Shown here one piece after another: positions 49,849 through 61,017 of a stretch of DNA of 64,000 nt. The stretch is from the NCBI GenBank assembly GCA_036507075.1, contig DASXQR010000017.1, positions 64,001 through 128,000 on the forward strand. Direction: 5' to 3'. Under the pieces are notes generated by a model. It saw only the letters and a list, made by a program, of their open reading frames with translations. It was not told where the DNA came from and did no database searches. Source of the DNA: Acidobacteriota bacterium. GTDB lineage: Bacteria; Acidobacteriota; UBA6911; JACQSX01. Within the stretch, counting starts at the first letter, position 1; every line of letters starts with the position of its first letter. The position numbers were made by a program, and so were the translations under genes.

Positions 49849-51459
49849 ATGCCTGAACAAAACATCTTGATTTCCGACAACCTGTCCCCAGGCGTGGTGG
49901 ACCTTCTAAAGCAGGCGGGCTTTACGCCCGACTTTCGGCCCGACATTTCGCGCAAAGATTTGCTCGCCGCCGTCGGCGAGGTCGATGTCCTGCTTGTGAG
50001 GAGCAAAACCGAGGTGGATGTGGAACTTCTGGAAGCGGCTGAAAAGTTGAAAGTCGTGGGACGCGCCGGCGCCGGTGTCGATAACATCGATCTGGAATCT
50101 GCTACCCGCAGGGGAGTGCTGGTGATGAACACGCCAGGCGGCAACAGCATCAGCGCCGCGGAACACACCATGGCGTTGCTGCTCGCCCTGGCGAGAAAAG
50201 TGCCCCGGGCCGATTCCACAATGAAGCAGGGAAAATGGGATAAGAAGCAGTTTGAAGGCATCGAGCTGCTGGGGAAAACGCTCGGCCTGCTGGGACTGGG
50301 AAAGATCGGATCGGAAGTCGCCAAGCGCGCGGGCGCCTTTGGGATGGACGTGGTCGCATATGATCCGTACGTTCCCGAGAAGCTGGCGCGAGAGCTGGAA
50401 GTCGAGCTTCTCCCACTGGACGATCTGCTGTCGCGCTCGGATTTTATCAGCCTTCACCTGCCTCTGACGGATGCCACTGAAAAGTTGATCAACGAGACGG
50501 CCATCGCCAAGATGAAACCGGGAATGCGGCTGATTAACTGCGCTCGCGGCGGCCTGATTGACGAGGCAGTGCTGCTGCGGGCTCTCGAGAGCGGCAAGAT
50601 CGCCGCGGCTGCTCTGGATGTTTTCGAGCGCGAACCCTCTCCGAATCAGGAATTGATCGGACACCCCAACCTGATCGCCACGCCTCACATCGCCGGCTCG
50701 ACGCAGGAGGCGCAGGAGAAGGTCGGTTTCGAAATCGTGCAGCAGATCATCGATTACTTGCGCGGGGGCGTGGTTCGTAATGCTGTGAATTTTGCTTCCA
50801 TCAGCTCGCGTGAGTTCGAGCAGGTCGCCCCGTACATGGAACTGGGGGAGAAACTGGGGCTGTTCCTGGGTCAGATCTGCAGGATCCGGGTGAGCGAAAT
50901 TGGGATCCGTTATTACGGTGAGTTGGCTGCGCTCAACTTCAAACCGATTTCCAGTTGCATCCTGAAGGGGATTTTTGAAGCCAATAGAATCGAAGGCGTA
51001 AACATGATCAATGCTTTCAGTGCGGCCCGCGAGCGTCGAATTGTGGTCACGGAGACTTCCAGCAACCGCGAGCGAGGCTTCAAGAACCTGATCAGCATTC
51101 AAATGCGCAATGAAACGGAAGCGGAATGGGCCGAGGGAGCGTTGCTGCATCGCGGTAATTTGAGGCTGGTTTCCGTCGACGGAATCGGCTTGGAATCGCC
51201 CATGGGAGATTTCCTGTTGTTCATTCGCAATCAGGACCAGCCGGGTGTAATCGGCCAGGTCGGCACCGCTTTGGGCGACAGCGGAATCAATATTGCCAGT
51301 TTCACGCTCGGCCGCCACGAAGCCCGAGGCGAGGCGGTTGGAATCGTCAACACCGACTCTCCCGTGCCTGCTGAACTGTTGAAAAAAATCCGCGAGCTGT
51401 CGGCCGTCTCATTCGCCGCTGTGGTATGTCTCGGCGGCGACGTGCGGCGCTGCAAGTGA
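49849..51459 (+). CDS. serA: D-3-phosphoglycerate dehydrogenase
   Basis: RAGAGVDNID, GLGKIG, INCARGG, TPHIAGST, C-terminal ACT (DQPGVIG..INIA). Confidence 0.96.
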   Translation: MPEQNILISDNLSPGVVDLLKQAGFTPDFRPDISRKDLLAAVGEVDVLLVRSKTEVDVELLEAAEKLKVVGRAGAGVDNIDLESATRRGVLVMNTPGGNSISAAEHTMALLLALARKVPRADSTMKQGKWDKKQFEGIELLGKTLGLLGLGKIGSEVAKRAGAFGMDVVAYDPYVPEKLARELEVELLPLDDLLSRSDFISLHLPLTDATEKLINETAIAKMKPGMRLINCARGGLIDEAVLLRALESGKIAAAALDVFEREPSPNQELIGHPNLIATPHIAGSTQEAQEKVGFEIVQQIIDYLRGGVVRNAVNFASISSREFEQVAPYMELGEKLGLFLGQICRIRVSEIGIRYYGELAALNFKPISSCILKGIFEANRIEGVNMINAFSAARERRIVVTETSSNRERGFKNLISIQMRNETEAEWAEGALLHRGNLRLVSVDGIGLESPMGDFLLFIRNQDQPGVIGQVGTALGDSGINIASFTLGRHEARGEAVGIVNTDSPVPAELLKKIRELSAVSFAAVVCLGGDVRRCK

Positions 51460-51500
51460 GGCAAAGCATGAAACTCCGCAGTCACCGCTTTACGTCGTGC

Positions 51501-51554
51501 GTAGAGACGCGACATGTCGCGTCTGAGCTCAGACGCGGCATGCCGCGTCTCTAC
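51501..51554. repeat. GTAG-type REP doublet
   Basis: GTAGAGACGCGACATGTCGCGTCT-GAGCTC-AGACGCGGCATGCCGCGTCTCTAC. Confidence 0.88.
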
Positions 51555-51562
51555 ACCTGAGA

Positions 51563-53713
51563 ATGTTCAGACACCAAGCCAACAGCAAACCCAAATCAGA
51601 CAAATCACAGTACGTCTGTCCCATGCATCCGGAAGTGGTGCGCGACAAACCGGGGTCCTGCCCGATATGCGGCATGGCGCTCGAACCCGGAATCCCAACC
51701 CTGGAAGAGGAAGTGAACCCGGAGCTTGTCGACATGACTCGCAGATTTTGGGTCAGCGCCGTGTTGACAGCACCACTCCTGATTAGCGCTATGGGCGGGA
51801 TGATCCTGGGTCACGAGTGGAAGATCACGGGGGCCTGGTCGATTTATGTTCAGTTGGCCCTCGCTACCCCGGTGGTTCTGTGGGCAAGCCGGCCTTTCTT
51901 TGAGCGAGGCTGGGAATCGATCGTAAACCGAAGTCCCAACATGTTCACGTTGATCGCGCTGGGCGTCGGAACCGCATACCTTTACAGCCTGGTAGCCGCA
52001 CTGTTTCCACGGTGGTTGCCACAGAGCGCGCGCGGCCATTCAGGTCAGCCGGATGTCTACTTCGAAGCCGCTGCGGTGATTGCCACCCTCGTTCTTCTGG
52101 GCCAAGTGCTTGAACTGCGCGCCCGCAGCAGGACTGGGGCCGCCATTCGATCACTTCTCCAACTGACGCCTGAGACCGCGAGGCGAGTGGCGCCGAATGG
52201 ACAAGAAGAAGATATTCCGTTGGAACAAGTCCGAGCCGGAGACCGGCTGCGTATACGCCCGGGCGACAGGGTGCCGGTGGACGGTTTCGTGATCGAGGGC
52301 GTAAGTTCCGTCGATGAATCAATGATTTCCGGAGAACCCTTGCCCGTGGAAAAGACGCCGGGAAGCGGTGTGTCTGCCGGCACAGTGAATGGCACGGGAA
52401 GCTTCATCATGGAAGCGGAGCGAGTCGGCAGCGAGACGTTGCTGGCGCAAATTGTGCGGATGGTCAGCACGGCGCAGCGCAGCAGGGCCCCTATTCAGCG
52501 AGTGGCGGATCTGGCCGCATCCTATTTTGTACCTTTGGTGATCGTTGCTGCGCTGATCACGTTCGCGGTGTGGTGGTTTGCAGGACCAGAGCCAAAGCTG
52601 ACGCATTCAATCGTGAATGCAGTCGCGGTCCTGATTATCGCCTGTCCCTGCGCCCTCGGTCTGGCGACGCCGATGTCGATCATGGTGGGAATAGGACGAG
52701 GCGCTCTTTCCGGGGTCTTAGTCCGGGACGCAGAAGCGCTGGAAGTCCTGGAAAAGGTCGATACCCTGGTGGTGGACAAGACAGGCACCTTGACTGAAGG
52801 GAAACCTCGACTGGGAGAGATATTTGTCCTTGGCGAAAACGACGAAAAGGAGATCCTTCGCCTGGTGGCGAGTCTGGAGCGCGCCAGCGAGCATCCCCTG
52901 GCCGGCGCGATCGTGAGCGCAGCGGAAGTGAGGGGGGTGGAATTCTCCAAAGTGCAGGAGTTTCAAGCCCTTACCGGCAAAGGCATAGTTGGGAAGATCG
53001 GCGGCAAGACTGTTGCCGCGGGAAACAGCAGCTTGTTCGAGGAGCTTTCCATTCCCATCGACCCTTTGCGATCGCGCGCGGAAATGATGCGCTCCCATGG
53101 TCAGACAGTGATGGCGGTCGCCGTGGAAGGCCGCGCAGCCGCGCTTCTGGCGGTGACGGATCCGATCAAGCCCTCAACAGTGGAAGCCATTGAGGCGCTC
53201 CATCAAGAGCGCGTGACAATCGTAATGGTCACGGGAGATGGTGAAACTACCGCAAAGGCGGTGGCGGGCAAGTTGGGCATCGACCGCGTTCAGGCAGAAG
53301 TTTTGCCTGAGCAAAAAGCGGCAATCGTGAAAAAGCTTCAGCAAGAGGGCAGGATCGTGGCTATGGCCGGCGATGGCATCAACGACGCGCCGGCGCTGGC
53401 CCAGAGTGATGTCGGAATCGCTATGGGGACGGGCGCCGACGTGGCCATGGAAAGCGCGGGGATCACACTGGTTCAGGGTGATCTGCGCGGAATCGTTCGA
53501 GCTCGAAAGCTAAGCCGGGCCACGATGAGGAACATCCGGCAGAATCTGTTCTTCGCTTTCTTCTATAACATGCTGGGCGTGCCCATTGCGGCGGGGGCGC
53601 TTTACCCTTCTTTCGGTCTTCTGCTCAGCCCTATGATTGCCAGCGCGGCGATGACATTCAGTTCCGTCTCCGTTATCGCAAACGCTCTGCGTCTACGTAG
53701 TTTGCAGCTCTAA
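51563..53713 (+). CDS. copA: Copper-translocating P1B-type ATPase
   Basis: CPMHP..CPICGM metal domain, [27 protein letters not shown]. Confidence 0.94.
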   Translation: MFRHQANSKPKSDKSQYVCPMHPEVVRDKPGSCPICGMALEPGIPTLEEEVNPELVDMTRRFWVSAVLTAPLLISAMGGMILGHEWKITGAWSIYVQLALATPVVLWASRPFFERGWESIVNRSPNMFTLIALGVGTAYLYSLVAALFPRWLPQSARGHSGQPDVYFEAAAVIATLVLLGQVLELRARSRTGAAIRSLLQLTPETARRVAPNGQEEDIPLEQVRAGDRLRIRPGDRVPVDGFVIEGVSSVDESMISGEPLPVEKTPGSGVSAGTVNGTGSFIMEAERVGSETLLAQIVRMVSTAQRSRAPIQRVADLAASYFVPLVIVAALITFAVWWFAGPEPKLTHSIVNAVAVLIIACPCALGLATPMSIMVGIGRGALSGVLVRDAEALEVLEKVDTLVVDKTGTLTEGKPRLGEIFVLGENDEKEILRLVASLERASEHPLAGAIVSAAEVRGVEFSKVQEFQALTGKGIVGKIGGKTVAAGNSSLFEELSIPIDPLRSRAEMMRSHGQTVMAVAVEGRAAALLAVTDPIKPSTVEAIEALHQERVTIVMVTGDGETTAKAVAGKLGIDRVQAEVLPEQKAAIVKKLQQEGRIVAMAGDGINDAPALAQSDVGIAMGTGADVAMESAGITLVQGDLRGIVRARKLSRATMRNIRQNLFFAFFYNMLGVPIAAGALYPSFGLLLSPMIASAAMTFSSVSVIANALRLRSLQL

Positions 53714-53741
53714 GATTCCACCACAAAGACACAGTGAGAGT

Positions 53742-53831
53742 GGAGAGACGGCCCGAGGGCCGTCTCGGGCGAAGTCGATGGCAGGGCAATCCCGTCGACA
53801 TCCTCTGAGACGTCCCTCAGGACGTCTCTCC
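53742..53831. repeat. REP-doublet-like element, inverted copy of 42394-42485
   Basis: GGAGAGACGGCCCGAGGGCCGTCTC + spacer GGGCGAAGTCGATGGCAGGGCAATCCCG + GAGACGTCCCTCAGGACGTCTCTCC. Confidence 0.85.
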
Positions 53832-54060
53832 GAGCGGCGAAGCCGCGCATGGCTGCCGCAAAGGCGCATGACCTTGCCAGCGGGCGATTTGGTCCGTTAA
53901 ACTGGAGTTGAGAAGTATCGATGCTCCCGCGTTTTGTGAGCTGGTTTGGTGCGAAAAAAAACTTGATTTTTGTGTTGATCCAACTTATACCAGCCCCTTG
54001 AGGCCGGCCCGGTGATATCCTGACATCGCAGGCTCAATAGGGAATTGGAGGAAAGGCAGT

Positions 54061-54300
54061 ATGACTTTTATTATTTGCGAACCCTGTGTCGACGTCAAAG
54101 ACAAGGCTTGCGTCGAGGCCTGTCCGGTAGATTGCATCTATGGAGCCGAGACTGACAATCAGCTCTATATTCATCCGGACGAGTGCATCGATTGTGGCGC
54201 CTGTGAGCCTGTTTGTCCGGTGACGGCAATCTTTCCGGAAGATGAAGTGCCCGAAAAATGGCAGCAGTATATTGACATTAATAAGAACTACTTCAAGTAG
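54061..54300 (+). CDS. Dicluster (7Fe/8Fe-type) ferredoxin
   Basis: [40 protein letters not shown]. Confidence 0.95.
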   Translation: MTFIICEPCVDVKDKACVEACPVDCIYGAETDNQLYIHPDECIDCGACEPVCPVTAIFPEDEVPEKWQQYIDINKNYFK

Positions 54301-54488
54301 TGCCCTTCTTTGCCCGGCTGGCCGTCCGCGGCCGCCACTTCAGGCCACCAGCCGGGTTGTGTTTCACATCACGCCCCCCTCCCCAAGTATCTGGTAATAA
54401 ATAGCTTTTATACAGCCGGGTCAAAAACGCTTTAAACGCAGCACTTTAAAGTGTAGGATTCCGGATTGCTCCTCCAGGACAACTCTAC

Positions 54489-56162
54489 ATGAAGCAAAAC
54501 CGCAGGGAATCGGACGGCTCAGTCGACAAGCGTACGGAAAGCTCAGGAGAAAATCTTTCCCATGTGGATTACCGTGCGCTGGTGGAGAATCTGAAAGAAG
54601 GCGTCTATCGCAGCACTTTTGACGGTCAAATCCTGCTGGCCAACCCGGCCCTGGCAAAGATCCTGGGATACGACTCGGTAGCCGATTTGAAGCGCGTCAA
54701 CGTAAAGGAAATGTACGTTGACCCGCTCGACAGGGAAGAGAACATCAACACACTGATTCGAGACCGCTCCGTCTCGCGCTATTGCCTTCGGCTGAAAAAG
54801 AAAAACGGAGAAACAATTATCGTCGAAGAGACCGGTCAAGCGGTTTTTGACGCCGAGGGGCAGGTCCTCTATTGCGAAGGAATCATCCAGGACGTCACCG
54901 AGCGGGTCGCGGCTGAAATCCGATACCGCAGCCTGGTCGAGAATGCCGGCGATGCTATCTGGACGCTCGATTCAGAAGGGCGTTTCGTCTCGGTGAACCG
55001 CGCGTTTGAGCGGATTCTCGGGTTTGCGCGCGACTCTCTGGTGGGAAAGCATATCGTCGATTGCGATTTGATTGCTCCCGAGTACATAAGCCTCGTGGTG
55101 AAAGAATTCAAGCAGCGTTTGCAGGGAGAACCGAGCAGAGCGTACGAAATCGAAGTGCTCGACATAAACGGCAATCGAATTCCGATTGAAATCAGCACTC
55201 AGCGGCTGCAGGTCGATGCCCAGACCGTCGAGATAGTGGGAATAGGGCGAGATATGCGCGCCCGCAAAGCTCTGGAGCGGGAGTTGGTCTCCACCAAGAA
55301 TCATCTGCAGAGCGTCATCGACAATGCGCTGGATGCCATCATTGTTACCGACGACAGAGGAACGATTCAGGGGTGGAACAAGGGCGCCGAGCGGATTTTT
55401 GAAGTAAAGCGGCAGGCAATGCTGGGGCAGCCGATCGACAAGATTTTCCCCGAAGATAAGTATTTTTCTTACTACCGAGCGCGCCGAAACCTTGCGCTGG
55501 GGAACCCTGTAAGCGATCTGGAACTGACCTGGGTTAGAACAGACGGCACTCAGATACACCTGAACATTTCCGTATCACCGATACGGAACGAGAAGGGGAG
55601 CGTTGTCGGGGCCAGCGCGATTGCCAGGGACACCACGGAAAAGAAAAAACTGGAAGTGACTCTGCAGCATCTGGTAATCACCGATCACCTTACGGAGACT
55701 TTCAACCGTTACTACTTTGACCAGTTGTTGCAGAAAGAAATTACCCGTTCCAAGCGCCACGGTTACGCTCTTTCCATCGCCCTGATCGACATCGACGGCT
55801 TTAAGGCCATCAATGATCGGCACGGCCATCAGATCGGCGACAAGGTGCTCAAGGAAAGCGCCCGTATTTTGAAGTCCAGTATCCGAAACTCCGACACGCT
55901 GGTTCGCTATGGAGGAGACGAGTTTCTGATTCTGCTGCCGGAAACCGATCAAAACAAGATCCTGTACGTCGTGCGTCGGATTGAAGAGAAGCTGCACATC
56001 TGGAATCAGGATGAATCTTTTCTCGATCGCCCGCTTGAATTCAGCATCGGCTATGCCACGTGCGTGGGCGGCGACGATGTGGAAAAGTCCCTTCGCTCCG
56101 CCGATATGCAGATGTATGAACAAAAAAACCGAAAGCGCGGCGGTCGGGAAACGATCATGTAA
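54489..56162 (+). CDS. Diguanylate cyclase with three PAS domains
   Basis: Three PAS/PAC units (QDVTE, RDMR, RDTTE); DIDGFKAINDRHGH, RYGGDEF with RNSD I-site. Confidence 0.94.
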   Translation: MKQNRRESDGSVDKRTESSGENLSHVDYRALVENLKEGVYRSTFDGQILLANPALAKILGYDSVADLKRVNVKEMYVDPLDREENINTLIRDRSVSRYCLRLKKKNGETIIVEETGQAVFDAEGQVLYCEGIIQDVTERVAAEIRYRSLVENAGDAIWTLDSEGRFVSVNRAFERILGFARDSLVGKHIVDCDLIAPEYISLVVKEFKQRLQGEPSRAYEIEVLDINGNRIPIEISTQRLQVDAQTVEIVGIGRDMRARKALERELVSTKNHLQSVIDNALDAIIVTDDRGTIQGWNKGAERIFEVKRQAMLGQPIDKIFPEDKYFSYYRARRNLALGNPVSDLELTWVRTDGTQIHLNISVSPIRNEKGSVVGASAIARDTTEKKKLEVTLQHLVITDHLTETFNRYYFDQLLQKEITRSKRHGYALSIALIDIDGFKAINDRHGHQIGDKVLKESARILKSSIRNSDTLVRYGGDEFLILLPETDQNKILYVVRRIEEKLHIWNQDESFLDRPLEFSIGYATCVGGDDVEKSLRSADMQMYEQKNRKRGGRETIM

Positions 56163-56176
56163 GGCTCCGAACAAAA

Positions 56177-56346
56177 GTTACGGGTTCCGGGTTTCGAGTT
56201 ACGGGTTTTCGTAACCCAGAAACTTGCTTTTCTCAGTTGCTCTACCGAAGACTCCCGCCTGTAAACCCAATCTTTGCCCGCATAGATTTCGGGTCTCTGC
56301 AAATTCGTCATATCTCGCAACCCGGAACCCGTAACTCGCAAACCGG
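56177..56346. repeat. Short inverted GGGTT/AACCC heptamer-array element
   Basis: AGTTACGGGTTCCGGGTTTCGAG pairs with CTCGCAACCCGGAACCCGTAACT. Confidence 0.8.
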
Positions 56347-56353
56347 ATCCTGC

Positions 56354-56413
56354 ATTGACGAACCTTCTCCTGGCTGCTAGCTGATTGACAAACCTTCTCC
56401 TAGCTGGTAGAAA
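56354..56413 (+). promoter_or_regulatory. Tandemly duplicated sigma70-like promoter
   Basis: TTGACG-17nt-TAGCTG and TTGACA-17nt-TAGAAA on a 30-bp direct repeat. Confidence 0.55.
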
Positions 56414-56448
56414 AACTTTTTTCTGCAAACACAGCGGGAGAGGACTGA

Positions 56449-57411
56449 TTGATTCAGGTTGAAAATCTCACAAAACGTTATGCCGGCACAACGGCAATTC
56501 AGGATGTCACGTTTGACGTCAAGAAGGGAGAGATTGTCGGGTTTCTCGGGCCAAACGGCGCGGGCAAAACCACGACAATGCGCATTCTGGCGGGATTCAT
56601 TCCGGCAACCGCCGGGACCGCCCGCGTCAGCGGCTTTGACGTCTTCGAGCAACCGCTCGAAGTGAAGCGACGAATCGGGTATATGCCCGAAAACCCGCCT
56701 CTCTACCTGGAATTGTCGGTAGACTCGTTTCTCACCTTTGTCGGCCAGATCAAGGGCGTCAACCCTGACAAGCTTCCCTCGCGCCTGGAGGCCGTCAAGG
56801 AACAGTGCGGGCTGTCGGATGTCGGAGGCAGGCTGATCAGGCATCTGTCCAAGGGATTCCGGCAGCGCGTCGGACTGGCACAGGCACTGATCCATGATCC
56901 TGAAGTGTTGATTCTGGATGAGCCGACCGTCGGGCTTGATCCTAAACAAATCATCGAAGTGCGGGAGCTGATCAAGCGGCTGGGGGGAGAACATACCATC
57001 ATTCTCTCCACTCACATCCTTCCCGAAGTGAGCATGACTTGCCAGCGCGTGGTAATCATCAGTCACGGCAAAGTGGTGGCCATCGATACTCCCGAAAACC
57101 TCAAGACCAAGCTTGTAGGAGCGCATCAAGTGCATGTCGAGTGCCGCGGTGAATCGGAGAAAATACGGGCGGTGCTGGCCTCTGTTCCCGGGCTGAAGAA
57201 TATTCAGCTCGAATCGTCGAATGCAACGAACCTGTTTCGCGTGGAGATGGAGCCGGGACAGGATGCCAGGGGAGCCATTGCCCGCGCAGTGGTTCAGAGC
57301 GGCGCCGAACTGCTGGAGCTGAGAACCAGCGGCCCCAGCCTGGAAGAAGTCTTCCTGAAGCTCACCACTGACGAAATTGCCGAAACCGCCGGAACCGAGG
57401 TTGAAGCATGA
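56449..57411 (+). CDS. ABC transporter ATP-binding protein (GldA-like)
   Basis: GPNGAGKTT, LSKGFRQRVGLAQAL, LILDEPT, LSTHIL. Confidence 0.94.
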   Translation: MIQVENLTKRYAGTTAIQDVTFDVKKGEIVGFLGPNGAGKTTTMRILAGFIPATAGTARVSGFDVFEQPLEVKRRIGYMPENPPLYLELSVDSFLTFVGQIKGVNPDKLPSRLEAVKEQCGLSDVGGRLIRHLSKGFRQRVGLAQALIHDPEVLILDEPTVGLDPKQIIEVRELIKRLGGEHTIILSTHILPEVSMTCQRVVIISHGKVVAIDTPENLKTKLVGAHQVHVECRGESEKIRAVLASVPGLKNIQLESSNATNLFRVEMEPGQDARGAIARAVVQSGAELLELRTSGPSLEEVFLKLTTDEIAETAGTEVEA

Positions 57412-58199
57412 AGAATATCTTTACGATCTGGAAGAAGGAACTGAATCTGATGTTCGTGTCGCCGATCGCCTACGTGGTGCTAACCATGTTCCTGGCCCTG
57501 GCGGGTTTTTTCTTCTACGTCATCGTCACCGGTGTGATGCGCAGCAGCATTCAGGAAATGCTGCGGTCGCAGCAGTTTGGCGGCCCGCCTCCACCGCGCG
57601 ATATGGTGCTGGATGTGTTTCGCAACTTTTTTGGCGTTCTGAGCACCATTGTCCTGTTTGTGCTCCCGATGCTTACCATGGGCTCATTCGCCGAAGAGAA
57701 GAAGCGGGGTACCATCGAGTTGCTGATGACGTCGCCTCTCACCCACTGGCAGGTTATCCTGGGGAAGTTTCTCGGATCGCTCTCGTTCTTTGTGCTGATG
57801 CTGCTCCCCACTCTTATTTACGGTTTTTTTCTGTTCAGCCACAGCGAGCCGGCGCCGCAATGGGGACCGATACTGTCCGGCTATCTGGGAATTTTCCTTC
57901 TGGGCGCGGTGCTGATTTCTATCGGGATTTTCATTTCATCCATGACCGAGAACCAGATTATCGCCGGGGTTGTAACATTTGCCCTTTTTATTTTTCTCTG
58001 GGTGATAGACGTTAATGCCGGGCCTGAGGGGAGTGGTTTCTGGAGCGAGCTGATGCGCTACCTGTCAATACTCAAATACTACGAAGATTTCACCAAGGGA
58101 GTAATCGACACGACAAGCCTCGTTTTTTACGGCAGCCTGATCCTGTTTGGGCTGTTTTTGACGTCTGCTTCCATTGAATCGATGCGGTGGCGGGAATGA
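57408..58199 (+). CDS. ABC-2 permease (GldF-like)
   Basis: FVSPIAYVV, TMGSFAEEKKRGTIELLMTSP, ILGKF, TENQIIA. Confidence 0.92.
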   Translation: MKNIFTIWKKELNLMFVSPIAYVVLTMFLALAGFFFYVIVTGVMRSSIQEMLRSQQFGGPPPPRDMVLDVFRNFFGVLSTIVLFVLPMLTMGSFAEEKKRGTIELLMTSPLTHWQVILGKFLGSLSFFVLMLLPTLIYGFFLFSHSEPAPQWGPILSGYLGIFLLGAVLISIGIFISSMTENQIIAGVVTFALFIFLWVIDVNAGPEGSGFWSELMRYLSILKYYEDFTKGVIDTTSLVFYGSLILFGLFLTSASIESMRWRE

Positions 58200-59719
58200 A
58201 TCGCTTGCTTCGCTATGTTCCGGCGGCCGGGGTGGTGCTGCTGCTGGCCGGCTACTTCTATTATTCCATTCGAAGCGAGTGGTCTATCGCAGCGCAGGTA
58301 ATGGTCTATGGAGGGGGAGCGCTGCTGCTGTTTTCCCTCTTCTGGCAGTGGGAGAGAATCCAGAAGAGCTTTCACCGTCGGGCGGTCCGTTATGGAAGCG
58401 CGGCCGGCCTGGTGCTGCTGGTCCTTCTAGGAATTCTTGGGCTGATCAATTTCCTCAGCTTCAAACACAGTAAGCGCTATGACCTGACGGAAAACCAGTT
58501 GTTCAGTCTTTCCGACCAATCCAGAAAGATCACGCAGAATCTGAAGCAGGATATTTACGTCACCGTTTTCCAGAAAGGAAAACTTCCCGACAGCCTTCGG
58601 GATCTGATGCTGGAATATCAGGCGGCCGGAAAGCGCTTTCACTTCACCGTGGTGGACCCAGACCAAAACCCGCCCAAGGCCCGCGAGCTTGGAGTGCAGA
58701 GGCTCGGAGACATCATTGTTTCGGCAGGATCCAAAAAGGAGCGGATCGAGACGGCAACGGAAGAATCCATTACCAACGCGATAATCAAGGTGACCCGCGG
58801 CAAGAACAAGATTATTTACTACGTTACCGGTCATGGCGAGAGAGACTTGAACAGCACCGGCGCCGACGGTTTTTCGGTGGCCAAACAAAAGATGGACACA
58901 CAGAACTACGACCTCAAGCCCCTCGTCCTGGCCGAAGAAAAGAAAGTCCCTGCCGATGCGTCAGTAGTGCTGGTGGTGGGACCGAAGTTTCAGTTGCTGC
59001 AACCCGAGGTGGACGCGCTGCAGAGCTATCTTGACCAGGGAGGACGCCTGTTGCTGCTGGTTGATCCTGAAACCAATCCCGGCCTGGATGATTTTTTGAA
59101 GAGCAAAGGTTTAACGCTCGACAATGACGTGGTGGTCGATGCCAGTGGAATCGGGCAGATGTTCGGCATTGGCCCGGCGGCTCCGCTGGTGACCACCTAC
59201 GAGGGACACGCTATTACGCAGGGATTTGAGAATACCATGACGTTCTTCCCTCTGGCGCGATCCATCACCACAGCCGCGTCGAGCGATCAGGGCTACTCGT
59301 CGCAGGTCTTGATAAAAAGCAATCAGCGGTCCTGGGGAGAAACCGAGCTGAAGGGAGGCAGCGCAAAATTCGACGCCGGCAAAGACAAGCAGGGGCCTCT
59401 GAACATGGCCGTAGTGGCCACCAAGCGGATCGACGACAAGAGGCAGGCCAAGATCGTTCTCTTTGGCGACTCGGATTTTGCCGGCAACGCCTATTTCCAG
59501 CGCCCTACGCCCCGCAACGGCGATCTGTTTTTGAATTCCGTAAACTGGCTTGCAGAGGACACCGAACTGATGGCGATCCGGCCGCACGCCCCCCAGTCGC
59601 GGAGCATTAACATGTCGCTTGCCCAGACCAACATGCTCTTTTACCTGACCATGATCCTGATGCCGGCCGCGGCGCTGATTGCAGGCGCTGCCGTCTGGTG
59701 GAATCGACGACGAGCTTAA
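58196..59719 (+). CDS. GldG-family ABC auxiliary protein
   Basis: YDLTENQLFSLSDQS, GHGER, LFGDSDF, NGDLFLNSVNWL, C-terminal TM. Confidence 0.9.
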   Translation: MNRLLRYVPAAGVVLLLAGYFYYSIRSEWSIAAQVMVYGGGALLLFSLFWQWERIQKSFHRRAVRYGSAAGLVLLVLLGILGLINFLSFKHSKRYDLTENQLFSLSDQSRKITQNLKQDIYVTVFQKGKLPDSLRDLMLEYQAAGKRFHFTVVDPDQNPPKARELGVQRLGDIIVSAGSKKERIETATEESITNAIIKVTRGKNKIIYYVTGHGERDLNSTGADGFSVAKQKMDTQNYDLKPLVLAEEKKVPADASVVLVVGPKFQLLQPEVDALQSYLDQGGRLLLLVDPETNPGLDDFLKSKGLTLDNDVVVDASGIGQMFGIGPAAPLVTTYEGHAITQGFENTMTFFPLARSITTAASSDQGYSSQVLIKSNQRSWGETELKGGSAKFDAGKDKQGPLNMAVVATKRIDDKRQAKIVLFGDSDFAGNAYFQRPTPRNGDLFLNSVNWLAEDTELMAIRPHAPQSRSINMSLAQTNMLFYLTMILMPAAALIAGAAVWWNRRRA

Positions 59720-59721
59720 TC

Positions 59722-61014
59722 ATGATTGCCGGCAAAAAGATCGCTGTTCTGGGCGTAATCTTTCTGGGACTTCTGGCCTTCGTTTATTTCCACGAAATAC
59801 GCGGGAAGGGCGAAGCCGACAAGCAGCAATCGGAGGCTAAGAAGGTCGTTCAGTTCAATGCCGACAAGGTTCGGAAAATTGCCCTGTCGCGAAGAAACGA
59901 GAGTCCCACTGTTGCCGTGAAAGAAGGCGCCAAGTGGAGAATCATCGAACCGGTTCAGGCGGTCGCCGACAGCACGGCGGTTGACGCTTTGCTGCAGTCG
60001 TTGGCTGATATGTCCTCGGACCGCACTCTGGAGAAAGTGGACTTAGGAAAATACGGTTTGAAGAGTCCCAGTGTCACGGTGACCCTGGAGGAACCAGGCA
60101 AGAAACTTGTGCTTTACTTCGGAGACAAAGATTTTTCCGGCAGCAATGTCTACCTGACGCTGGACAACGCAAAGGTGGAAATTGTTCCCGACGCCGCCTA
60201 TACCAAGGCGATGGCTCCTGTTTCAGAGTTGCGGGATAAAACCATTCTGGATTTCAACGCGGATGCTATCGACCGAATCGAAATCCACCGCCAAGGCGAT
60301 GTTGTGGAGCTGAAGAAACAAAAGGATGGGTGGCGCCTGGCAAGGCCTGTGCCGGATCACGCGGACGATGCGACCGTGGATTCGCTGGTCAATTCGATCC
60401 GATATGGGCGGATCCAGGATTTTGCCGCGGATTCCCTGGACCAACTCAAAAAATACGGCTTGCAGCCGCCTGCCTTGCAGATCGTTGTTTTTGCGGGAGA
60501 GAAACGAAGCGAACTCAATGTTGGTGGGAAGAGTGGTGACAACAACTACGCGTACGCCGCCGGGCGGACTGTAGTGTTTACCGTCCCCAAGGACGTTCTG
60601 GAGAAGGCAACTCAGCCAGCGGAAAAATTGCTCTCGCGCGAAGTTTTGAAATTCGAACGCGACAAGGTAAACAAGATTGAAGCCACAACGGAGAAGGGAA
60701 AGTGGTCAGTCGCCAGGAAGGGAAACCGCTGGAGCGTCACGGAGCCGGCGGGCAATGAAAAGAAGAATTTTCAGGATTCTCGCGTATTGTTCGCTCTGGA
60801 AACATTACGCGGTGATCGAGCCAAGAATCCCGGTGCGCTCGTAAAACCGACGCTGGTTTATACGCTGACCCTATCCGACTCCACCATCCGCGTAGAAATC
60901 TTCAAGAAGGGAAAGGACTGGCTGGCCAGGAGCAGCCAGTCAGACAAGGTGTTCCAGGTACCTGAAGACAAAGTGGAGACCCTGAATAAGTCCATCGAGA
61001 GCTTCCTGGAATGA
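59722..61014 (+). CDS. DUF4340-like repeat domain protein
   Basis: N-terminal TM; repeated W...P....AD...V..L / YGL..P units; typical position after a GldG-like gene. Confidence 0.8.
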   Translation: MIAGKKIAVLGVIFLGLLAFVYFHEIRGKGEADKQQSEAKKVVQFNADKVRKIALSRRNESPTVAVKEGAKWRIIEPVQAVADSTAVDALLQSLADMSSDRTLEKVDLGKYGLKSPSVTVTLEEPGKKLVLYFGDKDFSGSNVYLTLDNAKVEIVPDAAYTKAMAPVSELRDKTILDFNADAIDRIEIHRQGDVVELKKQKDGWRLARPVPDHADDATVDSLVNSIRYGRIQDFAADSLDQLKKYGLQPPALQIVVFAGEKRSELNVGGKSGDNNYAYAAGRTVVFTVPKDVLEKATQPAEKLLSREVLKFERDKVNKIEATTEKGKWSVARKGNRWSVTEPAGNEKKNFQDSRVLFALETLRGDRAKNPGALVKPTLVYTLTLSDSTIRVEIFKKGKDWLARSSQSDKVFQVPEDKVETLNKSIESFLE

Positions 61015-61017
61015 TTT

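Noticed and set aside
53832..54060. Structured RNA upstream of the ferredoxin
   Set aside because: No recognisable riboswitch or ncRNA consensus
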